Source: a virus
Taxonomy: Duplodnaviria > Caudoviricetes
Strand: one strand, 5' to 3'
DNA length: 64,000 bases
Virus record (IMG/VR): IMGVR_UViG_3300033498_000048
Coordinates: 96,001-160,000 of that record
Shown: one piece after another, positions 28,964 to 38,723 of the stretch
How positions within the stretch are numbered: position 1 is the first letter of the stretch
Layout of the letters: the number at the start of each line of letters is the position of its first letter
Notes under the pieces: generated by a model
Database searches by the model: none
Seen by the model: only the letters and a program-made list of their open reading frames with translations
What the model was told of the DNA's origin: nothing
Made by a program: the position numbers and the translations under genes

Positions 28964-29809
28964 TTATCCAACAAATGTTGTTTTAGCATTGACTTGTTTT
29001 TTATCTGTTATTGTTACAATAACATCATCGGTGATAGTAAATTTAACTTCAGAATATGAAATGTATTTTCCAGTGTCCATCATAATATGGGAACATTTAT
29101 CAGTATGTCCTATTAGATGAGTTCCATCCCAAGTATATGGATTACCATGTAAATCATTAAATGTACCAATATTTGGTTCTAATGTTTTAAGGTATGCTTT
29201 TTTACCAACTACATTCAAGTTATTGTACATATCAGAAAAACCTTTGTTTTCCACCATTTGAGTGAATAGTGTTGGGAATTTATGACTAATTTGTAATATT
29301 AAAATTGGCAATAACTCTGAGTATTCCCGATACGACCACGGGCTTGAAAAGTCTGATTGGGTTAAGGTACAAATAAGGAGTAGATTAATTGATGTGAAAT
29401 CATTAACACCAATCATATTAGATTTAAAACAAGTCGGGATTTTAGAACCAACTTCGTCAAGGTTTAGTTTTCTGTTATATGGGAAATAAACATAATCTCC
29501 AATTCGATACAATTGAGTATCAGCTTTAGTTAAAGCGTTTAATACTGGTTTGTACATATCGGACATTTTGTTTATCCATGTATAGAAACCTTTTGCTTTT
29601 GATGTAAATCCTAGTTCTGTGTTTGTTTGTCCGTATGGACATACTGAATCATTTAATTGAATACATTGCCCTAACGCATAAACCTCGCAGTTTGAACAAT
29701 TTGAACACTTTGCTATATAACACGTTGATTTTGCTGTTTTTGATACTCCAAACGACATTTTCATTAAGTTTTTTGTTGGATTATCAACATATGCGTGTAT
29801 TAATTTCAT
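28964..29809 (-). CDS. Hypothetical protein with N-terminal Cys cluster
   Basis: CSNCSNC..YALGQC...CPYG in a 281-aa ORF. Confidence 0.65.
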   Translation of the reverse strand: MKLIHAYVDNPTKNLMKMSFGVSKTAKSTCYIAKCSNCSNCEVYALGQCIQLNDSVCPYGQTNTELGFTSKAKGFYTWINKMSDMYKPVLNALTKADTQLYRIGDYVYFPYNRKLNLDEVGSKIPTCFKSNMIGVNDFTSINLLLICTLTQSDFSSPWSYREYSELLPILILQISHKFPTLFTQMVENKGFSDMYNNLNVVGKKAYLKTLEPNIGTFNDLHGNPYTWDGTHLIGHTDKCSHIMMDTGKYISYSEVKFTITDDVIVTITDKKQVNAKTTFVG

Positions 29810-29891
29810 TTTTAAGTATTTCCTACTGGCTATTTAAGTTCTACAACTTCGTGTTTATTTCCACAGTGTGGACACCATAAGTGCGATGGTA

Positions 29892-30161
29892 TCAATTTAG
29901 GGTCGCCAATTGAAAACCATAACTTACAATCATCACACACAAAATGATATAGTGGTTCAAATGAATACCTTGGGTTGTATTGTTTTCGTTGTTCCACACT
30001 TTACGCTCGCGCTCTCTAAAAGTGTTGCAAATACTATCTGCTTTTGAATAATGAACTAATAGGGCTTTACCCAATTTATAAGATATAACATTAACAAAGC
30101 CAGTTTCTGGTGTTTTTGAATCTGGTAATATGTGAGCTGCATTTTCAAGATTATCTATCAT
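29892..30161 (-). CDS. Hypothetical protein
   Basis: Fits the minus-strand tiling. Confidence 0.45.
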   Translation of the reverse strand: MIDNLENAAHILPDSKTPETGFVNVISYKLGKALLVHYSKADSICNTFRERERKVWNNENNTTQGIHLNHYIILCVMIVSYGFQLATLN

Positions 30162-30164
30162 ATT

Positions 30165-30434
30165 TTAATTCCCTTGTATCCGAGATGCTTTGTGTGCAAT
30201 ATCAACAGAAACCACTAATGCCATATATGCTGAATCACTTTTATTATTCAAATAACTTCTCAATGAATCAGATACATGGTTATCAATTAAAGCAAACATT
30301 TCAGCTTGTTCTAATAACAACAACCGTTTGTGATTAACTTTTTTTAAATGCTCTTTCACATCAGCATTAACACTAAGAGTTTCGATAAAAACGTCTGGAA
30401 TAACAATTCCTTCATACTTGTTGTGTGTTGTCAT
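30165..30434 (-). CDS. Hypothetical protein
   Basis: Lies downstream of a TTGACT-16 bp-TATAAT promoter at 30471-30498. Confidence 0.55.
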   Translation of the reverse strand: MTTHNKYEGIVIPDVFIETLSVNADVKEHLKKVNHKRLLLLEQAEMFALIDNHVSDSLRSYLNNKSDSAYMALVVSVDIAHKASRIQGN

Positions 30435-30505
30435 ATTAGCCTACTTTGATGTGATTATTTAATATTTGCAATTATACTCAATTGATTATTTAAGTCAACA
30501 CTTGA

Positions 30506-30862
30506 TTAGATGAAGATTTGTAATGACATGGGAGTTGAAGTATCTCGTTTAGATGATATAAATGCGAGAGCTTCACCCTTTGAATAAAACTCAATACCTT
30601 CTCCAGACTTACAACCAACATATGACACTCCCCACTCAGGACAGCCAGATTTCACCCACCCTATCCTAGGGACAACACTCCACATTTTAGTTGGAATTGT
30701 AGCGTGAATGTCTCCATTCTTGAGAATGAAGTGTGTAACCCCTTTGATTGATACGAAGCCTAGAACACTCCAAGCTAAGTCTTGGAACTCAACTGCTGAT
30801 ATGGTTGGAAGCTGATTAAATATCTTAAGAGTCAGTTTAATTGTTTTGATAGTTACTTGCAT
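30506..30862 (-). CDS. Conserved phage hypothetical protein
   Basis: VTIKTIKLTLKIFNQLP N-terminus and C-terminal QIFI; lies downstream of a promoter. Confidence 0.6.
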   Translation of the reverse strand: MQVTIKTIKLTLKIFNQLPTISAVEFQDLAWSVLGFVSIKGVTHFILKNGDIHATIPTKMWSVVPRIGWVKSGCPEWGVSYVGCKSGEGIEFYSKGEALAFISSKRDTSTPMSLQIFI

Positions 30863-30895
30863 AGTATGTTATTACTCCATTCTGATAATTTGAGT

Positions 30896-30924
30896 ATCAT
30901 ACACACTAATAGTATTGGAGTCAA
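30896..30924 (-). promoter_or_regulatory. Sigma70-like early promoter next to repeat cluster H
   Basis: TTGACT-17 bp-TATGAT. Confidence 0.65.
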
Positions 30925-30952
30925 TATTTATCTTTCACTGTCAATTATGAAG

Positions 30953-31114
30953 AATCAATGAGTTAGCACTTGCATCGTGTTAGTAATTATATAACCGTTC
31001 CAAGTGCTATCTTATTGATTTAATTGAGTATAAATGTATTAGTAATATCAATGAGTTAGCATTTATAACGGTTATATAATTACTAACACGATGCAAGTGC
31101 TAACTCATTGATAT
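30953..31114. repeat. Inverted-repeat element cluster H (2 copies, opposite core orientation)
   Basis: Copies at 30953-31021 and 31045-31114. Their 30-bp cores are near-identical reverse complements. Confidence 0.95.
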
Positions 31115-31127
31115 TATTGGAGGCAAC

Positions 31128-31155
31128 AAAAAGCCCATTAAAGGGCTTTTTTTTT
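31128..31155. terminator. Rho-independent terminator (probably bidirectional)
   Basis: AAAAAGCCC-ATTAAA-GGGCTTTTTTTTT, immediately after the nrdJ-31154 transcript. Confidence 0.8.
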
Positions 31156-31351
31156 AGTTTGATATGATATTCAAAATGGTTGTGCTATATATTCCGACCA
31201 AGGTGTAGAATACAACATTTAACGTTTTCAATATTTTAAGGTCTAATTTGATTGGAATAGTTTGTTGAATTTTTAGTATTAGGTATAAGAATATTGTAAT
31301 ATATATAATACTCTTAATTGAAATGATTGCTATCATTGTTGATATTAGCAT
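31154..31351 (-). CDS. Small two-helix membrane protein
   Basis: Two hydrophobic stretches, with RBS GAGG upstream. Confidence 0.45.
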   Translation of the reverse strand: MLISTMIAIISIKSIIYITIFLYLILKIQQTIPIKLDLKILKTLNVVFYTLVGIYSTTILNIISN

Positions 31352-31428
31352 AATTTAATTACCTCATTTGTAACGAGTTGGTTCATAGTTACAACATACT
31401 AACTATAAACCAACTGTAAGTCAAATCA

Positions 31429-33402
31429 CTATTTTACAGGACATACACCTCCAGCACACGTTTCCTGTGATGAAATTTCATTATCATTAGAATCAATACT
31501 AGGCATAATGAATTGACGTAAAGTAGCAACATATTCATCATACACTTCTTGACTTACTACTTCTTGTGGTAAATATAAGTAACCTAAATCTTTAGCTGTT
31601 TTTGTTGGGTCAGCACGATATAAGAAACTAACACCGACATAAATGTCCCAATTAGCTAACAGCCATTCTATTATATCTGGAACTTCATTAGGTGAATAGC
31701 TAATCGTATTGCTCATGTTTTGTTGACTCCAATTAACTTGATACTTTTTATATCGGTTTAATTGTTGTATAGCAGATTCGGTATTAACTTCTAATGTTCC
31801 ATGGTCTGTCTTAACTTTAGTGAATGGAACGTGTTCCCAACATATTGGAAATGTTACCAACACACCTTCTGGGTCAGCTGGATTATCCCAAACCCTATAA
31901 TTAGCTTCTATTAAAGCTGGAAGTAACGGGTCATGTTTACCAAAATTAACATTGTTAAAAATGTATTTACCTAATGGAATATGTATTCCCTCTGGACACA
32001 TAAACACCTTACTTAATGTTCCAGATGGTTTACCTAAACAAACATTTTTTGGACGTTGTAATCCAAGTTCATCTGCCATTGAATACGCAGCAAATGTTGT
32101 TACTCTTTGCATACTAGATAAATCATATTCTAGTAAATCTGGACGTTGTGCTATTCCAGTTAATCCAACACCACACAATCTTAAGAAAATGTTATTAAGA
32201 TGCCATGATTCTTGTAATATTCCATCATTTAAATTAACACAAGTTTGTCTATAATTAGCTCTTGCTGATAATCTTAATGCCTCATGCAACCCAGATGTAT
32301 CTCCAATAAACTTAGACACATCAATCTCAACCAAATTACAGAATCCCTTATTAGGTAATAATACTTCTGCACACGGATTGACAATATTAAACCAAGGAGC
32401 TTTTGATAGAGCAGCCTCACCATTGATGAATCCAGGTTCACTACCCCCACCTTCTTCCATGATACTAAAAATATCAAGTAGTTCATTTTTAGTTGGTTTT
32501 GTATTAAATATTAATGAGTTATTCGATTGTGAACGTTGCGGATTATTATTCCAATACTCACGTTTAGCAATTGCAAACTCGTCCCATTCTGGTTGCCCAT
32601 ACTCAAATAACGCAATTTCAGCACTTCTACGACTGGAAAGAATTGTACCTAGCCAGTTCACTATATCCAATATATCAATGCGTGATAAGAGTTCTCCAGC
32701 CTTCCTGTTCATTATCTGTGCAATAGCAACGTATGCTTTAGATATTGCAGTATCACCACTACTAATCCAACCGTAACCCTTTAACCTACATCCAGCAGGT
32801 CTTATTTCACTAAAATCAAATACAAGCTTATCTGCTGGATATTTACCAGCTAACAATTTACCTATTGATTTTGCCCAAGCTTCGGCTGAATCTCCAATTG
32901 AAATAGTCCAAGTTTTAGTTTGATTGTTCCATGTTTCTAAATTGGTTTCTCTTCCACCTTTAGTAGTTCTTTGTGTTGGAATTACTTGAATGTCTTTAAT
33001 TGGTTTAAAGAACCCATTTAATGTACCAACTTTAGGTTTAAATCCTACTCCACAGCCTTGCATTAAAAGCCATAATACATCCACAACATCATATACGGTT
33101 TCAACAATAGTACCACTACAATTGAACTGGGATGCTTCCCGTGTTTGTGCGATTTCTGTTCCACCTAACCACAAAGTTCTTCCCGAAACAGATACCTTTT
33201 TAACTAACATCAAACAATAAAATGAAAACAATTCCGAATATTCTTTGTGTGTTAGTTCTCTCCCTAATGCTCGTTTCCATAACCACCACTGGTGCAGCAT
33301 AACCCGTAAACAAATGTCATCCCACGATTCAAACTTGGTTTCCATTTCATTTTGTGGTCTTGCATACGTTCTTCTTATAATTACTTCACTTCTAGTTTCC
33401 AA
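31429..33402 (-). CDS. nrdJ: Class II (adenosylcobalamin-dependent) ribonucleotide reductase
   Basis: SGRTLWLGG, FNC, NPCAE, FCNL, KPSGT and the C-terminal CAGGVCP redox pair. No beta subunit is adjacent. Confidence 0.92.
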   Translation of the reverse strand: METRSEVIIRRTYARPQNEMETKFESWDDICLRVMLHQWWLWKRALGRELTHKEYSELFSFYCLMLVKKVSVSGRTLWLGGTEIAQTREASQFNCSGTIVETVYDVVDVLWLLMQGCGVGFKPKVGTLNGFFKPIKDIQVIPTQRTTKGGRETNLETWNNQTKTWTISIGDSAEAWAKSIGKLLAGKYPADKLVFDFSEIRPAGCRLKGYGWISSGDTAISKAYVAIAQIMNRKAGELLSRIDILDIVNWLGTILSSRRSAEIALFEYGQPEWDEFAIAKREYWNNNPQRSQSNNSLIFNTKPTKNELLDIFSIMEEGGGSEPGFINGEAALSKAPWFNIVNPCAEVLLPNKGFCNLVEIDVSKFIGDTSGLHEALRLSARANYRQTCVNLNDGILQESWHLNNIFLRLCGVGLTGIAQRPDLLEYDLSSMQRVTTFAAYSMADELGLQRPKNVCLGKPSGTLSKVFMCPEGIHIPLGKYIFNNVNFGKHDPLLPALIEANYRVWDNPADPEGVLVTFPICWEHVPFTKVKTDHGTLEVNTESAIQQLNRYKKYQVNWSQQNMSNTISYSPNEVPDIIEWLLANWDIYVGVSFLYRADPTKTAKDLGYLYLPQEVVSQEVYDEYVATLRQFIMPSIDSNDNEISSQETCAGGVCPVK

Positions 33403-33700
33403 TTTGTCATTTTTCCATTTTAATTCACTATTACCATTATATAAAGTTTAAATTAAGCAATCTGATTGCTTACCATTCGACATAACTTCGGAATCACTGC
33501 CCATGAATATGGCTATTAGACTTTTTAACGTTGTCCAAATATGTGTTCTGAAAGTTTACCTTCACCATCTAACGTGTCAGCATTATCAATGTAAATTATG
33601 TCATCACCTGTTTTTAAAACAAACATAATTACATCATTGTCAAATAAAAATAGAGTTTTGTTTCACACTTCCATCACTATTGATAATAGGCTTACCAACT

Positions 33701-35014
33701 CTATTCTATTGGAATGATTTTAGTTTCTTTGAATGTAATATCTTGTAATCCACGTTTTAAGCATAACTCATCGTCTGATTTGTCCATATACAGTTGTAAC
33801 ATTGGAATTTCATTTTGAATTACTACTCCAATCTTATTAATAATATTTCGCAATGTTGGATGTACGGTTAATGAACTCCTCAAATCTAATACATAAGCAA
33901 TTTGTGGTAAGTCGTATGACAGTGTTGTAACAACATTAAATCCCATTGGAATATAATATTGCAATTCATACTTATTACACAATAATAAATCTAGCTTGTG
34001 TAATTGATTACCAATCCTAGCATTAATTTCATCAATAACACAATCAGGTAAATTGTCCAAATACCATTCATTAAATCCATATTGAGTTGTTAATAATGGC
34101 ATTTCACATAAACCATTCCGATGTCTTTGAATGTCCCTAAATGAACCATAATCTAATAAAAATTCAAATAGGACTGTTCCATATTTTTTAAGGTGTTTTG
34201 GTAACATTTTACCTTTCGGTCTATGTTCCATCAATTCAATATCCAACTGCTTAAAATCAAAGTTGAGTGTTTTGAAATTGATATTAAATCCATTATACTC
34301 AACAGATTCGGCATAGTGGATATATTCTGAATATTTCACCCCATACTTAATAATGTCAGGTTTTAATTTGTAGTTGAAGCTACTTGGATATTTACTTTGT
34401 AATTGTAACAACATTTCATTGGCAATGTTTCTAACTTCCAATAATGGATGTTGTAACAAATCATCAATCCTATCTTTAGCTTGACTTAAGCTTGTTGTCC
34501 ATGATAACTGAGTAGTAGCACCACTCGGTAAAAATCCACGCATAATATCAAAGCACCTTGATTGAATTGCTTTATCGTAAACTGTTTGGTTAATTCCATT
34601 TGATTTTGGATTTTGCCTTTTTAATTCAGCTATTACAATTGGTTGATATTCAGTGTATATATTCATCCACTCATTTAATATCTCTTTTGAAGTAGCTGAA
34701 TTAACGGGGTCTATCATTGGTCTTGATTGGAAGTCAATATATCGGGTTGAAGATTCTTGTCCAGAATATAATGGTGAATCTTGAATTGCTTTAGCTGCCA
34801 AAATTGACACATTTTCTATATAGATGGTTGTAGTACCACAATCTCCAATACTTTTATGTCCATACCCAATATAAAAGTTGGACATAAAATTAGTTGAACC
34901 AACATCTTCAACTTTTTTTATGTGGTCTAAAACCGATAATCCAGAACGACTGTATAATGCTTGTATCATTGCATTATCCTCAGCACTAAGGTCATCCTTA
35001 ATGATTATATTCAT
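33701..35014 (-). CDS. thyX: FAD-dependent thymidylate synthase (long two-domain ThyX)
   Basis: YGHKSI, QESSTRY, RGFLP and RDIQRHR. Confidence 0.85.
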   Translation of the reverse strand: MNIIIKDDLSAEDNAMIQALYSRSGLSVLDHIKKVEDVGSTNFMSNFYIGYGHKSIGDCGTTTIYIENVSILAAKAIQDSPLYSGQESSTRYIDFQSRPMIDPVNSATSKEILNEWMNIYTEYQPIVIAELKRQNPKSNGINQTVYDKAIQSRCFDIMRGFLPSGATTQLSWTTSLSQAKDRIDDLLQHPLLEVRNIANEMLLQLQSKYPSSFNYKLKPDIIKYGVKYSEYIHYAESVEYNGFNINFKTLNFDFKQLDIELMEHRPKGKMLPKHLKKYGTVLFEFLLDYGSFRDIQRHRNGLCEMPLLTTQYGFNEWYLDNLPDCVIDEINARIGNQLHKLDLLLCNKYELQYYIPMGFNVVTTLSYDLPQIAYVLDLRSSLTVHPTLRNIINKIGVVIQNEIPMLQLYMDKSDDELCLKRGLQDITFKETKIIPIE

Positions 35015-35037
35015 GTATTTCCCCTAGTTGACCAGTG

Positions 35038-35436
35038 TTAATCGTGGTTATATTCTAATATCTCAATACCATCTTTTCTCACAATAACTTTAGAGTGGTC
35101 TCCGAAAGCTACTTTAAATGTTTGTTCGCCTAATTCCGTTTGTGTGAACGCAGACAACTCATCAAGTAATGGATATACTCCATTAGAATAAGAATCATAA
35201 TCATCCTCATCAAAGTCATCTTCAGTTAAATAAACATCAAAGTCATTTACACCAAACGTACATTCATCTCCATCATTGAAGTATGGAGTGTACTGTGTCC
35301 AACTAACACAATATGGTGGCGAATTACCATCAAAGATTTGTGCCAACATATCAGCAATAGTTGCGTTTGCTTGTTCTTGAAGTGTCTTCACCATAGCTTC
35401 ATATTGTTCTGTTAATCTTACAAGCTTTTCATTCAT
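35038..35436 (-). CDS. Conserved acidic phage hypothetical protein
   Basis: WTQYTPYFNDGDECTF motif and C-terminal YNHD. Confidence 0.7.
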   Translation of the reverse strand: MNEKLVRLTEQYEAMVKTLQEQANATIADMLAQIFDGNSPPYCVSWTQYTPYFNDGDECTFGVNDFDVYLTEDDFDEDDYDSYSNGVYPLLDELSAFTQTELGEQTFKVAFGDHSKVIVRKDGIEILEYNHD

Positions 35437-35644
35437 ATTAACTCTCCTTATATTGTTTTGTTTAAAACTTCAACTTAATTAAAACTTTCCCCGTTTATCA
35501 AAATCAAGACTATATCTATGTATTAACATAATATAGTTTTCACTATTTCAAGTGTTAATCCATATGGTAGGCTAGCACATCCTTGAAATTTAGCTTTTAC
35601 TAAATCAGTAAACTTCCTCTGGTATATTATTAATCATATTCCCA

Positions 35645-36001
35645 TTACTCAGTTTTATTAAACTTTATAACTCGCCTTTTCTTTAATGTTCCGCTCATCC
35701 ACGGTTGTATTTCCATATTTTTAAAATAATTTTCAACCGTGGGAATGAATCCCAAGTCACCTAAGATGTGGTTTTCTGCTACTGCCCTTGGAGAGTATTC
35801 TCTACCATCTGAATTGACTAAACATTGTCCAAAGAATTGTTCTACTAACATTAATCCGAATTGATTGTGAAGTAATGCTCTGTGTCTTATATCAGGCATT
35901 GTGTGGTATGATTGGTCTATAAACTCATGTATTGGATAATAATCTTCTTTTTTACCTCCAAACATCTTTACGTCTAACTTTGCGTGGATATATGGTTTCA
36001 T
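35645..36001 (-). CDS. DUF6915-like protein (start moved to MKPYIH)
   Basis: H....FGG..DY..IH.F.D.S...RHRALLH...NSDGR....AVAENHILGDLGFIP. Confidence 0.7.
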   Translation of the reverse strand: MKPYIHAKLDVKMFGGKKEDYYPIHEFIDQSYHTMPDIRHRALLHNQFGLMLVEQFFGQCLVNSDGREYSPRAVAENHILGDLGFIPTVENYFKNMEIQPWMSGTLKKRRVIKFNKTE

Positions 36002-36002
36002 A

Positions 36003-36242
36003 TTAAAATAAATGTTGGTTATCGCGAATAAAGGCATAAACTTTACAATAAACTGAATCGAATCCAAATTTTTTCAGTAAATCATCATCCAATAAAAAAT
36101 CACGTTCTAAATTATACTCAGTAGCGTATCTTTTACCATTTTCAACAACTTGTATCATATCTCTACTACAAGATTTTTTAACTGGTCTATCTAACAAACT
36201 AACAAACGTTTTACAAAAACTAACCATTTCACTATCTTTCAT
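36003..36242 (-). CDS. Hypothetical protein
   Basis: Abuts the next start, with RBS GGGGAG upstream. Confidence 0.5.
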   Translation of the reverse strand: MKDSEMVSFCKTFVSLLDRPVKKSCSRDMIQVVENGKRYATEYNLERDFLLDDDLLKKFGFDSVYCKVYAFIRDNQHLF

Positions 36243-36265
36243 TATACTCCCCTAAACATTATTAA

Positions 36266-36616
36266 TCATCGGCATAGCCTAACGCACATCAAATCTGTTA
36301 TGTGAGCTTTTACCACATCACCATTCCAAAAATCAACGACATATATCCAATCTGTGGAACTTAAAGTTGATGTTAAATAGCATTGATAATCCTTCTTGAT
36401 AACATCTTGAAATACACCAGTATCAATGCAATAATCTGTATCGTTTTTACTAGGTTTTTGGATTATTGCAATTAATTCTGATAAAGTAGGAAGTCGCCAA
36501 TCATAATAACCAGCGACACCTTGATGTTTTTGAATTTCAAATTGGACATCTTTGAAATTTGATTTGAATGTATTTTTAGTCCATAATTTATCATTACAGA
36601 AACAAACTTGATTCAT
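36266..36616 (-). CDS. DUF1566 (Lcl C-terminal-like) domain protein
   Basis: GYYDWRLPTLSEL...TSTLS...VVDFWNG...VRLCR. Confidence 0.8.
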   Translation of the reverse strand: MNQVCFCNDKLWTKNTFKSNFKDVQFEIQKHQGVAGYYDWRLPTLSELIAIIQKPSKNDTDYCIDTGVFQDVIKKDYQCYLTSTLSSTDWIYVVDFWNGDVVKAHITDLMCVRLCR

Positions 36617-37607
36617 AGTAGTCTTTAATTAATTTTTCAATTTCAGAATTGGACGAGGCTAAAACAAATGGTTTAAGCTTATCGGCATAATGCTTACGGA
36701 ACTTTTCATTGAATCTCCCTAATTCTTTCAATTTAAGTCCAGTAACTTTAGATATAACGTTCCCTGACAACTTTTGTTTGAATATCTTATTATCAGCATC
36801 TTCTTTTAATACATTATCATATCGCAATTTGAAGTCTGGAAACAATCTAAAACACTTATTTAAAATTGTGTTTGTGTCTATTGATTTAGATTTTTTAAAA
36901 GTTTTTGTTTCAATCCACTTTAGAAATTCCATGTAAGTTTTTCGTTTTTTATCCCTAATGCGACTATCGTGATTTCTAGTGGATAAATTGTACCAGTGTG
37001 GAGAAAAATACTTACAATCACTGACATAATTAAAGATGTCCTCTAACGTGTCGAATTGTGTATTGTGATAGTTATCATAACCTAAGACAGACAATGCTTG
37101 TTCCCAATCGTGTGTGATTACAATTTCAGCAATCACACGGGTATCTTCTTTAAGAGTGTAAATTAACCCTTGATGTCCAAGCTTCAAGCCAGCAACTTTG
37201 AATAGAACACCCAATAGATTACCGAGGTCATTATACGAATAATAGCATTTAGCAAAATCATACGTTACAATTGGAGTATAAATTAAATCCGTTTGAACTT
37301 TTTTACCCGATTTACATTTCCACACAAAACTAAAACATAGTGATTTGTCGTCTGCATGGAATGCAATTGGATTATAACCTTCTATAACCGATTTAAAAAC
37401 ATAATCTAATGGGTATATTGAAGTGTCCATTGTATATAAAATGTCAATATCACCATGATTTGGTTTAGTATTATACCACGCAATTGGAACAAAGGTTATT
37501 CCAGGGCAAATGTGGTTTAACATTTTTTGTATTTGAGCTAACTCAGATGTTAGTTCTGGAGTATCAATTCTTTGAACCCCGAAATCAGCTAACGCATTGC
37601 CACCCAT
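36594..37607 (-). CDS. PolX-like nucleotidyltransferase domain protein
   Basis: MGGNAL start, HGDIDIL (DxD), VQTDLI (third Asp) and GLKLGHQGL. Confidence 0.7.
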   Translation of the reverse strand: MGGNALADFGVQRIDTPELTSELAQIQKMLNHICPGITFVPIAWYNTKPNHGDIDILYTMDTSIYPLDYVFKSVIEGYNPIAFHADDKSLCFSFVWKCKSGKKVQTDLIYTPIVTYDFAKCYYSYNDLGNLLGVLFKVAGLKLGHQGLIYTLKEDTRVIAEIVITHDWEQALSVLGYDNYHNTQFDTLEDIFNYVSDCKYFSPHWYNLSTRNHDSRIRDKKRKTYMEFLKWIETKTFKKSKSIDTNTILNKCFRLFPDFKLRYDNVLKEDADNKIFKQKLSGNVISKVTGLKLKELGRFNEKFRKHYADKLKPFVLASSNSEIEKLIKDYYESSLFL

Positions 37608-37664
37608 AATTAATCACCTCTTAGTTAGTTAATATTGAAATTTTAACATTTACACACTTTAAAG

Positions 37665-38192
37665 TCAACTATCTGTACATTTTTTCAACAAGTATTGTAG
37701 CTGTTTTATTTGTTCTAGGTTTAGTTCATTATCAACTTGTAACGCAATGTTTCTTTTTTCTAATTCAACGATTTTAGCATTTAATTCTACAATTGTATTA
37801 TCTTTGATATTGAGACTTACTTTTAACTCGTCAAAGTTCCTTTCGAGATGTTCAAGTTTGCACAATCTAGCTTCTAAACCCTTTATCATTTCCCATAAAC
37901 GATTGTTTTCGTCACGAGCTAGTGCCAATTCTTGTTTTTGATTTTCGATTTGTTCTTTCAAGTGCTGATACAGGTAGCTTTCTGTATCATTTCTATTGAT
38001 TTGGTTATTATTCTCACTATTTGTTTTTTGAATCATTTTAATAATTGGAGTGGCAATTGCAATCATTGCTAATACCACTAAACCTATTACTGTTAAATTT
38101 TCATAAAAGTTGCTTAATACATGATGTCCACTTTCCAAAACATTAGATGTAGGTGATAATATACCACCTAATAGGTTTGTAGGAGTTTCCAT
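37665..38192 (-). CDS. Single-TM plus coiled-coil protein (candidate lysis protein)
   Basis: TM segment LTVIGLVVLAMIAIATPII followed by a heptad-rich tail; translationally coupled to the upstream gene. Confidence 0.6.
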   Translation of the reverse strand: METPTNLLGGILSPTSNVLESGHHVLSNFYENLTVIGLVVLAMIAIATPIIKMIQKTNSENNNQINRNDTESYLYQHLKEQIENQKQELALARDENNRLWEMIKGLEARLCKLEHLERNFDELKVSLNIKDNTIVELNAKIVELEKRNIALQVDNELNLEQIKQLQYLLKKCTDS

Positions 38193-38683
38193 TATTGACC
38201 TCCATTATTGTTTTTTCTATCAGCCAAACATCTAATCATACACCACCACACTAGCAATGTAATCAAAACACTACTAAGTATATCTATTGGGATAATATTT
38301 GGAACATATAATTGCTTATATGCCAACATCGTTGCTGTTGTGTATGATGTCCACACAACAGAACTAAGAATACAATCAAACACTAATGTCCAATAATTCC
38401 GTATAGCCATTATTAAAGAAAACATATTCATGGATGCTGCTAATATAAACAATCCGCCCCATAGTTCTCCAGGTATAATGTGTAAAATGAAATAGTGTGT
38501 CGGTGATATGTAAGTTTGCATTTCTTGTAAAAAAAACATTAATCCAAACACAAAATTAGCCATTGAAACGAAAAAACGCATCGAAACTAAGTCGCTCCTG
38601 ATACAAATGTCAAATAGCTTATTCAACACATATTTCGTTATTTGTGATTCCTTTAAACGCTTAAACATAAAAACTCCAGTCAA
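38192..38683 (-). CDS. Multi-pass membrane protein (candidate holin)
   Basis: About four hydrophobic helices, with a late promoter directly upstream. Confidence 0.55.
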   Translation of the reverse strand: MTGVFMFKRLKESQITKYVLNKLFDICIRSDLVSMRFFVSMANFVFGLMFFLQEMQTYISPTHYFILHIIPGELWGGLFILAASMNMFSLIMAIRNYWTLVFDCILSSVVWTSYTTATMLAYKQLYVPNIIPIDILSSVLITLLVWWCMIRCLADRKNNNGGQ

Positions 38684-38697
38684 TTATTAATAATTAA

Positions 38698-38705
38698 TAT
38701 TTATA
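38698..38705 (-). promoter_or_regulatory. T4-type late promoter
   Basis: Exact TATAAATA on the minus strand. Confidence 0.65.
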
Positions 38706-38723
38706 TTTGACTGAATCTTAATG

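Noticed and set aside
33403-33700. Cobalamin riboswitch upstream of nrdJ
   Set aside because: No recognisable B12-box or conserved riboswitch core could be found by eye; only a short palindrome is present.
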